Shown one piece after another: positions 8,518 to 15,674 of a stretch of DNA of 19,186 nucleotides (position 1 is its first letter; each line of letters opens with the position of its first letter). Origin of the DNA: Verrucomicrobiales bacterium (lineage in GTDB: Bacteria > Verrucomicrobiota > Verrucomicrobiia > Verrucomicrobiales > V1-33); the NCBI GenBank assembly GCA_031411295.1, contig JANOAV010000094.1, positions 1-19,186 on the forward strand. The letters run 5' to 3'. The position numbers were made by a program, and so were the translations under genes. The notes beneath the pieces are model-generated. The model was not told the DNA's origin, searched no databases, and worked only from the letters and a program-made list of their open reading frames with translations.

Positions 8518-9035
8518 GAGTTGTGCAGACGAGGCTTTTTGGTCCGCATCAGCGGCACCAACTGCACTATCAGCACACCCAGCAGAATCAGCAAGCAGCC
8601 GATGAGCGACCGGACCGTCAGCGTTTGGTGGAGCACGAGGTATCCGGCCACTGCGGCAAAGACTCCCTCCAGACTCATGATATCGAATCCTGTGATAAAG
8701 CCGGAGTTGGCGCTGGAGGTAGATTGCAAGCCGATCTGTTGCAGGGCGGCGGCGGCAAACAAAAACAGCCCTGCGCCCAAACACGCTTTGGAGGGAAGTT
8801 TAGTCTCTCGATTCGATGCTGGCAGATGCTTCTTCCGCCAGAGGATGAGGGGGATCAACGAAACGCAGCCCAGCCCGAAACGAAGCCCGTTGAACGTCAT
8901 CGGGCCAAGGCCTTTTTCCATGCCGATCTGCTGGGCCACAAACGCCGATCCCCAGATCATGGACACCAACAGGAGCAACAGTTCGTATTTGAAGACGCCC
9001 CTGCCTCCGAGCTTCGAATCGCTGGTGGTGCTCAT
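8514..9035 (-). CDS. EamA/DMT-family transporter, shortened by an apparent in-frame internal deletion (possible pseudogene)
   Basis: IWGSAFVAQQIG, PMTFNGLRF and LQQIGLQSTSSANSGFITG resemble EamA repeat 1 and run straight into IMSLEGVFAAVAGYLVLHQTL...LIGCLLIL, which resembles the end of repeat 2. It is 173 aa against about 300 aa typical. Confidence 0.8.
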   Translation of the reverse strand: MSTTSDSKLGGRGVFKYELLLLLVSMIWGSAFVAQQIGMEKGLGPMTFNGLRFGLGCVSLIPLILWRKKHLPASNRETKLPSKACLGAGLFLFAAAALQQIGLQSTSSANSGFITGFDIMSLEGVFAAVAGYLVLHQTLTVRSLIGCLLILLGVLIVQLVPLMRTKKPRLHNS

Positions 9036-9095
9036 AATTGCTTCTTGAGAAAGTCAGCCATTCACTTGAAGGAAGGTTTCCACCAGGTAGCTCAT
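9032..9095 (-). pseudogene. Deletion scar: VapC/PIN-like toxin start joined to the 3' end of an unrelated lost gene
   Basis: ATG at 9095, 4 nt after the antitoxin stop, reads MSYLVET(FLQVNG*), compared with the VapC start M-x-Y-L-V/L-D-T. Another frame reads WWKPSFK*MADFLKKQL*, whose stop overlaps the EamA ATG (9032-9035). Confidence 0.45.
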
Positions 9096-9099
9096 CACA

Positions 9100-9339
9100 T
9101 TATCCGAGGGAAACGGGCCGTGTGGAGTCCTTCGCTCGTGGCGGAATCTCGAACGGATAAGGGCAAGCGAGCGGATGGTCAATCAGCCCCTGATTTGGCC
9201 GACGAGAGATGCGGCGGAGCAGAATGGTGTCCTCGTCGTCGATGAACACTTCAAAATCCTGCCCCGGCTCCAAATGCAACTACTCCCGCACTGCGCTGGG
9301 CAGAACGATTTGGCCTTTTTTCGAGAGAACGGTGGTCAT
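9100..9339 (-). pseudogene. AbrB/MazE/SpoVT-family antitoxin (VapB-like) with a premature stop
   Basis: Manual translation gives MTTVLSKKGQIVLPSAVRE*LHLEPGQDFEVFIDDEDTILLRRISRRPNQGLIDHPLACPYPFEIPPRAKDSTRPVSLG*. KGQIVLP...R...L..G is the AbrB signature. TAG is at codon 20 (9280-9282). Confidence 0.85.
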
Positions 9340-9348
9340 AGCACGAAA

Positions 9349-9377
9349 ATCTTACCCGAGGAGCTGGATTTCGCCAA
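9349..9377 (-). promoter_or_regulatory. Putative sigma70 promoter for the antitoxin (near-leaderless transcript)
   Basis: TTGGCG (9377-9372), 17 nt, TAAGAT (9354-9349), 9 nt before the ATG at 9339. No Shine-Dalgarno sequence is visible. Confidence 0.5.
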
Positions 9378-9403
9378 GCCGATTCTCGTCTGATTGTCGG
9401 TTG

Positions 9404-9635
9404 GATAGGAGTGATTATTCCACAGCAAGCAGCCCTGCCTCCGAGGTGGCGCGAGGCTGCGCCCGAGCTTTCGTCAGGGTGATTTCCCGAATTCGCCCAA
9501 CTTCCTCCCCGCGGAGATCGATCATCGCTAGTAACATCCGTCTTGAATTTGGGTGCTTTGTTTCACGACTGGCTCGGGCTCAGCCTCGCCCCACCTCCTG
9601 ACAGGACCCTGAAGCGTGGAGTAATCACTCATATC
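9404..9635. repeat. Nested inverted-repeat element (REP doublet or MITE-like, 232 bp)
   Basis: Inner arms 9443-9468 and 9572-9597 are inverted with 24/26 identity. Outer arms 9404-9423 and 9616-9635 are inverted with 18/20 identity. The gaps between arms are near-symmetric (19 and 18 nt) and the central spacer is 103 nt. Confidence 0.75.
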
Positions 9636-9652
9636 GGTCGGACGGGTGTGCA

Positions 9653-10249
9653 TCATTGCATTAACAACTCCACCATCGCCAGGCCCATCGCCTCGCCAAC
9701 ATCCATATAGACTTCAGCTTTGCCGCCGTAGTGGCCGTTGCCGCTACCACCCTGTGCCATATCATGGGTGTAGATGGTTGCGACGTTGCCGTTGAACTCG
9801 GGATATTTGCCTGCGGTGCCATCCACGTCAAGCTGGGCTTCGAGGATCTTACCGCCATTGCCGCCGTCCTTTACGGATTCACCCATCGTGCCGAGCACAA
9901 ACTTCGCGTTGGGGGCGTTGAATTCCTTGCGCAGGGCCTTGATCAACTGGACCAGATTCTTCTCATAGTCAGCCGCCCAGACTGGATGGCCAGCGTCCTT
10001 TTCGCCCTGCCAGTAAAAGCAGCTGGCAACCTCGTAGCTCTTCGCCCCGGGGTAGTGCTTGTCGAGATCCGCCAGCACCGTCTTGGCATCCGCTGTATCG
10101 TTCTTGATCGACGGTCCGGCGTCCGCCGCGAATGCACTTGTGACGCTCGCGAACAGCAACAGCGCGATGAGCGCGCTGGATGAGAATCTCCGGCACGAAT
10201 CGGCGGTCACCGAGGCGTGAGTTATCGGGTCGTTTCTTTCACAGGTCAT
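9653..10249 (-). pseudogene. Chimeric ORF: GH43-paralogue signal peptide and N-terminus fused in frame to the C-terminal third of a SASA esterase
   Basis: Likely start MTCERNDP (ATGA overlap 10246-10249), 198 aa. LFASVTSAFAADAGPSIKNDT matches the GH43 N-terminus. ADAKTVLADL...YWQGEKD...YEKNLVQLIKALRKEFNAPNA matches the esterase at 115-1455, and NGHY follows. There is no GQSN block. Confidence 0.78.
10095..10158 (+). repeat. 64-bp direct repeat, copy A (copy B at 11293-11356)
   Basis: Manual alignment gives 60/64 identity, with three synonymous differences and one Ser/Ala difference. Confidence 0.92.
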
Positions 10250-10302
10250 GGTTGAAGCTTCAGCTGCAGCAGGATCATTAGGAGCGCGAGAGTCGGTTTC
10301 AT
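10246..10302 (-). pseudogene. 18-aa deletion-scar ORF (signal-peptide start plus C-terminus of an Asp-box protein paralogue)
   Basis: MKPTLALLMILLQLKLQP*, with ATGA overlaps at both ends (10299-10302 and 10246-10249). LKLQP* is identical to the end of the Asp-box gene at 13331. Confidence 0.6.
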
Positions 10303-11399
10303 GGCTGTTCTCCCTCTTCCCTTTGGTTTGCTGTCCAAGTGCCCGCAGCGGCATCGATATTCCACGACGCATACCAATTAAAAAGCGGTTCGTCTCCCTT
10401 CCATTGCAGCGGCAGCCAGACATTCTTGCCGATGCCCAGCTTGGTCCGCTGCGACCAACGATCACCGCCCCAGAGAACAAACGAGCCTGCGCTTCCTTTG
10501 ACCTCGAATAGGAAGTCGGTCTGCGCGTTAAAGCAGTCCTTCGATTGCGGCTCGCACTCCACCTTCTTGAAAGGAGCCCACGGGCCTTCCAGTTTCTTAG
10601 CAGTCGTGTAGGAAGTCGGTGACCCGTTCCAAGCCGAGCCGCCCACGCCGTGGCCGGAGACGAAGAGCCAGTAGCGGCTCTTCAGCTTGATGATGTAAGG
10701 CGCCTCGCGGGCCACGCCCGTCAGGGGAATTTCGCAGATGGTGCGATCCACCTTCAGATAGTCCGGCTTTAGTCGCGTGATCATGATGTTGCGATGTGCC
10801 GTGTGCTGATCGTGGCTGGAGATGACATAGGCCGCGCCGTCGTCGTCCTGAAAGGCCGCGAGGTCGCGGTGGTAGTCCGTGCCCGGGCTTGCGCCCGCCG
10901 GTAACATCTCGTGACCCAGATAAGCGAACGTGCCTGTGGGGGTATCGCTGGTGAAATAGGAGACGCCGCCGGTGACACGCGGCTGCCCGGGAATCTCGGG
11001 ATCATTCACCGGCAGGATGTGTTTGCCGATCATGACATACTTCTTGGTCATCGCGTTGTAGATGACGTGGAGCCGGTCGGGGACGATGAGCGTCAGGTCC
11101 GTCGCGTTGCGCGTGTAGATGTGGTTCTCGAATTTCCACGTCGCGAGATCCTTGGACGAGTAGCAGGTGATCGTGTCCTTCCGGTTGTCGCCCGGGTAGT
11201 CGCCCCAGCCGTAGAAGTAGAACGTGTCACCGAACTTCGCAAGATTGCCGCCCTGGCACATGATCTCCTCGCCCCGGTCGTCTTTCCAGACGGTGTCGTT
11301 CTTGATTGACGGTCCGGCGTCCGCCGAGAATGCACTTGTCACGCTCGCGAACAGCACAACAGCCGCAAGCGCCCAACGATGGTCTACGCGCAGTCTCAT
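10299..11399 (-). CDS. Secreted glycoside hydrolase family 43 (GH43_24-like five-bladed propeller, beta-galactanase-like)
   Basis: Signal peptide, then WKDDRGEEIMCQGG, FYFYG, CYSSKDLATWKFE, HRDLAAFQDDDGAAY, REAP, FNAQT, GDRW and VWLPL. ATGA overlap with the upstream gene. Confidence 0.85.
   Translation of the reverse strand: MRLRVDHRWALAAVVLFASVTSAFSADAGPSIKNDTVWKDDRGEEIMCQGGNLAKFGDTFYFYGWGDYPGDNRKDTITCYSSKDLATWKFENHIYTRNATDLTLIVPDRLHVIYNAMTKKYVMIGKHILPVNDPEIPGQPRVTGGVSYFTSDTPTGTFAYLGHEMLPAGASPGTDYHRDLAAFQDDDGAAYVISSHDQHTAHRNIMITRLKPDYLKVDRTICEIPLTGVAREAPYIIKLKSRYWLFVSGHGVGGSAWNGSPTSYTTAKKLEGPWAPFKKVECEPQSKDCFNAQTDFLFEVKGSAGSFVLWGGDRWSQRTKLGIGKNVWLPLQWKGDEPLFNWYASWNIDAAAGTWTANQREEGEQP
11293..11356 (+). 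repeat. 64-bp direct repeat, copy B (copy A at 10095-10158)
   Basis: 60/64 identical to 10095-10158. Encodes LFASVTSAFSADAGPSIKNDT of the GH43 protein. Confidence 0.92.
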
Positions 11400-13258
11400 G
11401 GATCGTTCGTCTTTTCGACTAACTTCGCCGCCGAGGCATCGCCAGCCACCAGTGTCACTGAATAACCGGGCAGGCGCAATTCATCGCTCACCAGTTCCCG
11501 ATTCCACAGGGGCACGGACAGGCCATCGGAGGCGATGCGCACCAGCGTGGGAGTCGTGGCGGACACGTTCAGCTTGCTCGCTCCTTTCACGATCACCGTG
11601 TGGTTGGCGCGGTTGATGAGGAGGACGGAGCGTATGCCGTCAGCGCGAGTCGTCGCGATAAGTTCGATATCCTTGTTGTCCTGGGCCGCCGCATCGGCCA
11701 TCGCGCCAATGAGGCAGCACGAACCGATTTGGTAAAGCCGGCCGGTCAAACGCGCCTTGCCGTCATACAGGCCGTAAGCGGTATGCCGGCTGTCCCAAAC
11801 CGTCACGCCGTCGAGACCGAGCAGGCCCATGCGACGCAGCACGCAGGCTTGAAAAACCACGCCCACATTGTTGCCGTGACGGCGTTCCATCGGATCCCAT
11901 GACCACTTGATACTATATTCGTCGAGGAAACACTCGACCTTGCGACCGGCTGTGGCTTTGGCAACTGCTTCTTTGATGTAACGGGCTTGGCCCGCGATCG
12001 AATCGGGGCCCTGGAGAACTTTTTCATTGGAGTCGTAGATACTACCGGAGGCATAGTTGTGCCAGGTGACGAAATCCACATTGGCCGCGCAGACCTTCAG
12101 AAAACTTTCCACCCAGACCGGGTTGGGCCAGGTGAGCGCCGGACCACCGACCTTCGCCTTGGGATCCTGTTTCTTGATCTCGGCGGTGACGCGGTTGTGC
12201 AGCTTCCACAGCACGTCGAGCTTGCCGAGTTTTTCAAATTGCTCTTCCTGCTCATTGAACACTTCCCAGTAGGCGATCGGTTGGTGGACCTCATCGCGCA
12301 TCAAGACCACGAGCTGGCCGACCAGCTTCACGAACTCCTCTTCACTCTCAGGCGTCAGGGTTGTCTTATCGGCCTGCTTGGTCATCCATTTCGGCCAGCT
12401 TGGAATATTGAGAATGATCCGCGTTTTGCCATAACCCGTGGAGGCAGCGAAACCAGCCTTGATCATATCTACATCCCAAGTGCGGGTCTTGGGGTCGAGC
12501 CATTTGCTGATCAGGGCGCCGTCGAGATTGCGGATCAACGCTGGCGTCAGTGACGCGAGGAAGGCTTGATAATCGGGCGCTGCCGCACTCTTGGCATCGA
12601 AGACTTGAGAGTCGTTGACACCCCAGATTGAGGGCGGCATCTGCCCGACTGTCTTGCTCCAATCGATCTGGACACTCGCCGTCGTCGCGGGCAGCGAATT
12701 GTCCGGTGCCTCCGGCGGGAGTTCCTTTTCCCCGTCCGCTTTCATGCCCTTGGGATGCGCGGCCGCGTCGGCAGAGAAAACGATCGCATCAATGTGCGGG
12801 ACTTTTTCAGCTTGTTTGCTGCTGCGGATGATAACGATTGCCTCGCCTAGATCAGCGCGCTTGTATCGGCCAAGGCTGCACCATTCGTATCCGTCGGGTT
12901 TGCCCCAGTCCCACTTCTTCTCCTTCTGCGCGCCGTTCACGACGGCCTTGAGTTGGATCGGCCCGCCCTTGCGGTGAACCCAAATGGTGAAGGCCTCGTC
13001 GGTCTCCGGCAGCTTGGCTTCAATCAGTGAGCTGTATTCTCCGCCGCTGGTGACCGCTTTCCCGCCCAGGGCCTCGGCATCGTTTACCACCTCACTAGCC
13101 GCGCAAGCGGTTGCCGACAAGAGCACACCCGCCGGTGCGCCAGGAATCGTGTCTGCGGCCTGGGCGGCGGACGCAACAAACGCTCCAGTCGTGGTCAGCA
13201 GCACGACGGTCGCACGCCTCCAACCATAGTTCCTTCGTATTTTCATAGTGGTTTTCAT
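11396..13258 (-). CDS. Secreted GH39-like (clan GH-A) glycoside hydrolase with an N-terminal beta-sandwich module
   Basis: Signal peptide ending AQA, YWEVFNEQ (acid/base Glu), KVGGPA, VDFVTWHNY, FLDEY (nucleophile Glu) and C-terminal SVLLIN...LPGYSVTL. Confidence 0.8.
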   Translation of the reverse strand: MKTTMKIRRNYGWRRATVVLLTTTGAFVASAAQAADTIPGAPAGVLLSATACAASEVVNDAEALGGKAVTSGGEYSSLIEAKLPETDEAFTIWVHRKGGPIQLKAVVNGAQKEKKWDWGKPDGYEWCSLGRYKRADLGEAIVIIRSSKQAEKVPHIDAIVFSADAAAHPKGMKADGEKELPPEAPDNSLPATTASVQIDWSKTVGQMPPSIWGVNDSQVFDAKSAAAPDYQAFLASLTPALIRNLDGALISKWLDPKTRTWDVDMIKAGFAASTGYGKTRIILNIPSWPKWMTKQADKTTLTPESEEEFVKLVGQLVVLMRDEVHQPIAYWEVFNEQEEQFEKLGKLDVLWKLHNRVTAEIKKQDPKAKVGGPALTWPNPVWVESFLKVCAANVDFVTWHNYASGSIYDSNEKVLQGPDSIAGQARYIKEAVAKATAGRKVECFLDEYSIKWSWDPMERRHGNNVGVVFQACVLRRMGLLGLDGVTVWDSRHTAYGLYDGKARLTGRLYQIGSCCLIGAMADAAAQDNKDIELIATTRADGIRSVLLINRANHTVIVKGASKLNVSATTPTLVRIASDGLSVPLWNRELVSDELRLPGYSVTLVAGDASAAKLVEKTNDP

Positions 13259-13316
13259 TTCAAGAGTTCCTGCGGTTTAGTTTTCAATCCTGAGACCGAG
13301 GTTGGTTGAGCGTATA

Positions 13317-13349
13317 GTTTCATTCACGGATCATGGTTGTAGTTTCAGC
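13317..13349 (+). repeat. 33-bp degenerate direct repeat with 10232-10264
   Basis: GTTTCATTCACGGATCATGGTTGTAGTTTCAGC versus GTTTCTTTCACAGGTCATGGTTGAAGCTTCAGC, 28/33 identical. It spans the LKLQP* codons and 14 nt beyond the stop. Confidence 0.7.
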
Positions 13350-14434
13350 CGGAACACTGAGCCACCGAGGCTTGATGCGTAGATGAAACCGTTCCTGGCG
13401 TCCCAGCCGAAGTAGTTGAACGAGCCGCCGGCGTTGAAGCCTTTCATCGGGCCATCAGGCGGGAGGAAGACGGGCGCCACGTCCTTCCATGTCTTGCCTC
13501 CGTCGCGGGTGATGAAGAAGGCCTTCTCGGAGACGACCATGAAGTCACTTTCAGTGGTGCCGAAGTAGGGACCGTAGATCGCTTTCTCGGGGCCTTTGCC
13601 GGTGAGGGTCCAGTCCTTGCCGTTCTCGGAGACGATCACACCTTCGGTGGTGGTCCAGAAAACCTTCTTGCCGTAATGCACCGGTCGCCGCCCGAGGATC
13701 TTGTATTTCGCAACTTCGGTCCACGTCATGCCGGCGTCCGTGCTAATGCTGATGCCGTCGTGCTCACGATGCGAGCGCACCAGCGTGTTGGCGTCGATGA
13801 TGCCGAGGTGGTATTGCCTGGTCGTCTTTTGCACTTCTTTGGGTGCCTCGGCGTCCTTGTAAATCTGCTGCCACGTTCTACCGCCCTCCGTGCTGAGGAC
13901 GGTATAGAATGGCTCGTGCAGCAACCCGAAGATCGTCTGCGGATCCTTGGTGTTCCAATCGACGTCGGCATAGTCGAACATGCGAAGCAACTTGGTGAAA
14001 GGCCGCCACGTCCCGCCTCCATCGAGCGTCATCCCACCAGTGCCATCGATGCAGAAAAACGCCAGCCGTCCGTCATACGGATAGGCAATCGAGAAGCCGA
14101 AGCCAGTCTCGCAGCGACCGGTGACCTTGTTGCCGGGAACCACGGTCCATGTCGTCCCGTGATCCTTGCTGACGCAGACGCCGTTTTCCTTGCTCGTCAG
14201 GATGAAGACCTCGCCTGTCGGCGCGACCGTCATCCCCACGCAGCGCCGGACGTAATCCGGCTTCATGTCATACACTTCGAGTTTCTTGAAAAACTCATCC
14301 GTGATGTTCTCCCACGGTGCGGTTTCAGCGGCGGCAACAGTCCGCAGAACGGCAAGCACCATGACTGCGACAGCAGCGAGGTTCATGCGGATGAAATCAC
14401 CGATGCACCGTGCGCCCGGGATGTCCGCTCTCAT
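13331..14434 (-). CDS. Secreted Asp-box (BNR-repeat) beta-propeller protein, paralogue 3
   Basis: Likely start MRADIP at an ATGA overlap, preceded by AAGGAG. Asp boxes SKDHGTTW, TLDGGGTW, STEGGRTW, STDAGMTW, SENGKDW and TRDGGKTW. Confidence 0.85.
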   Translation of the reverse strand: MRADIPGARCIGDFIRMNLAAVAVMVLAVLRTVAAAETAPWENITDEFFKKLEVYDMKPDYVRRCVGMTVAPTGEVFILTSKENGVCVSKDHGTTWTVVPGNKVTGRCETGFGFSIAYPYDGRLAFFCIDGTGGMTLDGGGTWRPFTKLLRMFDYADVDWNTKDPQTIFGLLHEPFYTVLSTEGGRTWQQIYKDAEAPKEVQKTTRQYHLGIIDANTLVRSHREHDGISISTDAGMTWTEVAKYKILGRRPVHYGKKVFWTTTEGVIVSENGKDWTLTGKGPEKAIYGPYFGTTESDFMVVSEKAFFITRDGGKTWKDVAPVFLPPDGPMKGFNAGGSFNYFGWDARNGFIYASSLGGSVFRLKLQP

Positions 14435-15654
14435 TTGCCGTTCTCCTTTCCCGATGCGCCGACGACAGGCGGAGCCAGCACCAGCTTCCACGCGTCGCCA
14501 CCGAAGCAGTTCGCATACAGAATGTCCTTCTTAGCGTCCCATCCGAAATACCACAGGGCGCCGCGACAGTGCCGGCTGCCGGTGGGTGCGCTGGTCATTT
14601 CATTTTTGGGCTCACCCCATGCGCTCGGTGCGGCAAAGAATTGCGCCGCGAGCTTCCATGTCTTGCCGCCATCGCGCGTGATGGAGAATCCGTCCTTGTA
14701 GGAGACCACCATCATCTCCTGCTCGCTCTTTCCGAAATACGGACCGAACACCACATTCTCGATGACCGACCCGCACACGCTCCATGTCTTCCCGCCGTCG
14801 CGTGAGACTACGATGCCTTCGCGCGCCGCCCAGTAAATGTTGGGGCCGTAGTGGACCGGGCATGTGCCGTGCAGGGTGTAGTCGGACACCTTTTCCCATG
14901 TCTGGCCAAGGTCGGGGCTCAAGAAGATGCCGGGCTTCGGCGGAGTCTTTTCTTCCTCTTTCACCTCACCGCGAAGCAGCGTGCCGGCGCTGGCGACGCC
15001 AGTGCGCAGCCAGCATCTCGAATCGCGCAGGACGGGTGGCGACCAATCCCATTTCGCGCCGCCATCGGTCGTCTGGACAAAGGTTCCGCCAAAGAGTTCG
15101 CCATGATGAACGAAGCCCAGGATGGTCTTCGGCGGCATGTTGACCGAGAGGTCCATGTCTCCCACGAAAATGTTCAGATCGCCCTGAAACGGAGGCGTGT
15201 TCTTTTTGGTGACGGTCACGATCGGCTTCTTGATCTGCACCCACGACTTGCCGAGGTCCGACGACACCGCGATGGGACCATCCATCGTCAGGCCGATGCG
15301 ATCCGGGTAATACACCTTCAAGCTGAGCGAGCTTTGCGCCACGCCCTTCATCCAGTCCTCGCCCCATTTGTTCCAGGTCGCTCCCTGGTCCGTGCTCCGG
15401 TGGATACCCTTGTCGTTGTTAATCACGCCCACGTCGCCATTGGGGAGGACGAACAAGCCTTGGAAGTGCGTCATGTAGATGGCCGTCTTCTGCACCTTGC
15501 CGCCCGGTTCTTTGGGCGGGATTTCACGAGGCGCATCGACGCCGAGCGTCTTGGCGAGTTCGGCGGTGATGTTCTGCCACTCTGGCTTCGGCTCCGCGGC
15601 GTGAAGGCTCGCGATGGAAAGCGAGAAGAGGCTGATGGTGATGAATGTTCTCAT
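14431..15654 (-). CDS. Secreted Asp-box (BNR-repeat) beta-propeller protein, paralogue 2
   Basis: Start MRTFITISLFSLSIASLHA (signal peptide). Asp boxes STDQGATW, SSDLGKSW, TTDGGAKW, SPDLGQTW, SRDGGKTW and TRDGGKTW. Confidence 0.85.
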   Translation of the reverse strand: MRTFITISLFSLSIASLHAAEPKPEWQNITAELAKTLGVDAPREIPPKEPGGKVQKTAIYMTHFQGLFVLPNGDVGVINNDKGIHRSTDQGATWNKWGEDWMKGVAQSSLSLKVYYPDRIGLTMDGPIAVSSDLGKSWVQIKKPIVTVTKKNTPPFQGDLNIFVGDMDLSVNMPPKTILGFVHHGELFGGTFVQTTDGGAKWDWSPPVLRDSRCWLRTGVASAGTLLRGEVKEEEKTPPKPGIFLSPDLGQTWEKVSDYTLHGTCPVHYGPNIYWAAREGIVVSRDGGKTWSVCGSVIENVVFGPYFGKSEQEMMVVSYKDGFSITRDGGKTWKLAAQFFAAPSAWGEPKNEMTSAPTGSRHCRGALWYFGWDAKKDILYANCFGGDAWKLVLAPPVVGASGKENGK

Positions 15655-15674
15655 AGTGTTGCTGCTCGGTTTCC

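Noticed and set aside
8518..8784. 5' extensions in the ORF track (e.g. 8784, 5677, 3754, 1503, 10480, 14491, 15678, 18542)
   Set aside because: Most overlap upstream genes, and downstream ATGs give clean signal peptides and/or ATGA coupling.
9280..9282. In-frame TAG as possible recoding (pyrrolysine or stop reassignment)
   Set aside because: It is a single instance in a visibly decaying module with its toxin lost. A simple nonsense change (e.g. CAG to TAG) is sufficient.
9175..9601. Plus-strand ORFs 9175-9393 and 9209-9601
   Set aside because: They lie antisense to the antitoxin pseudogene or run through the inverted-repeat element, with no protein-like features.
10095..11356. The 64-bp repeat pair as a diversity-generating retroelement TR/VR pair
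   Set aside because: No reverse transcriptase is in view, the differences are not adenine-specific on one strand, and the repeat encodes a signal-peptide junction rather than a C-terminal variable region.
13255..13323. 22-aa ORF MKLYAQPTSVSGLKTKPQELLK* overlapping the GH39 start
   Set aside because: Any ATG-A start creates an overlapping TGA, and there is no SD or homology, so chance is likely.
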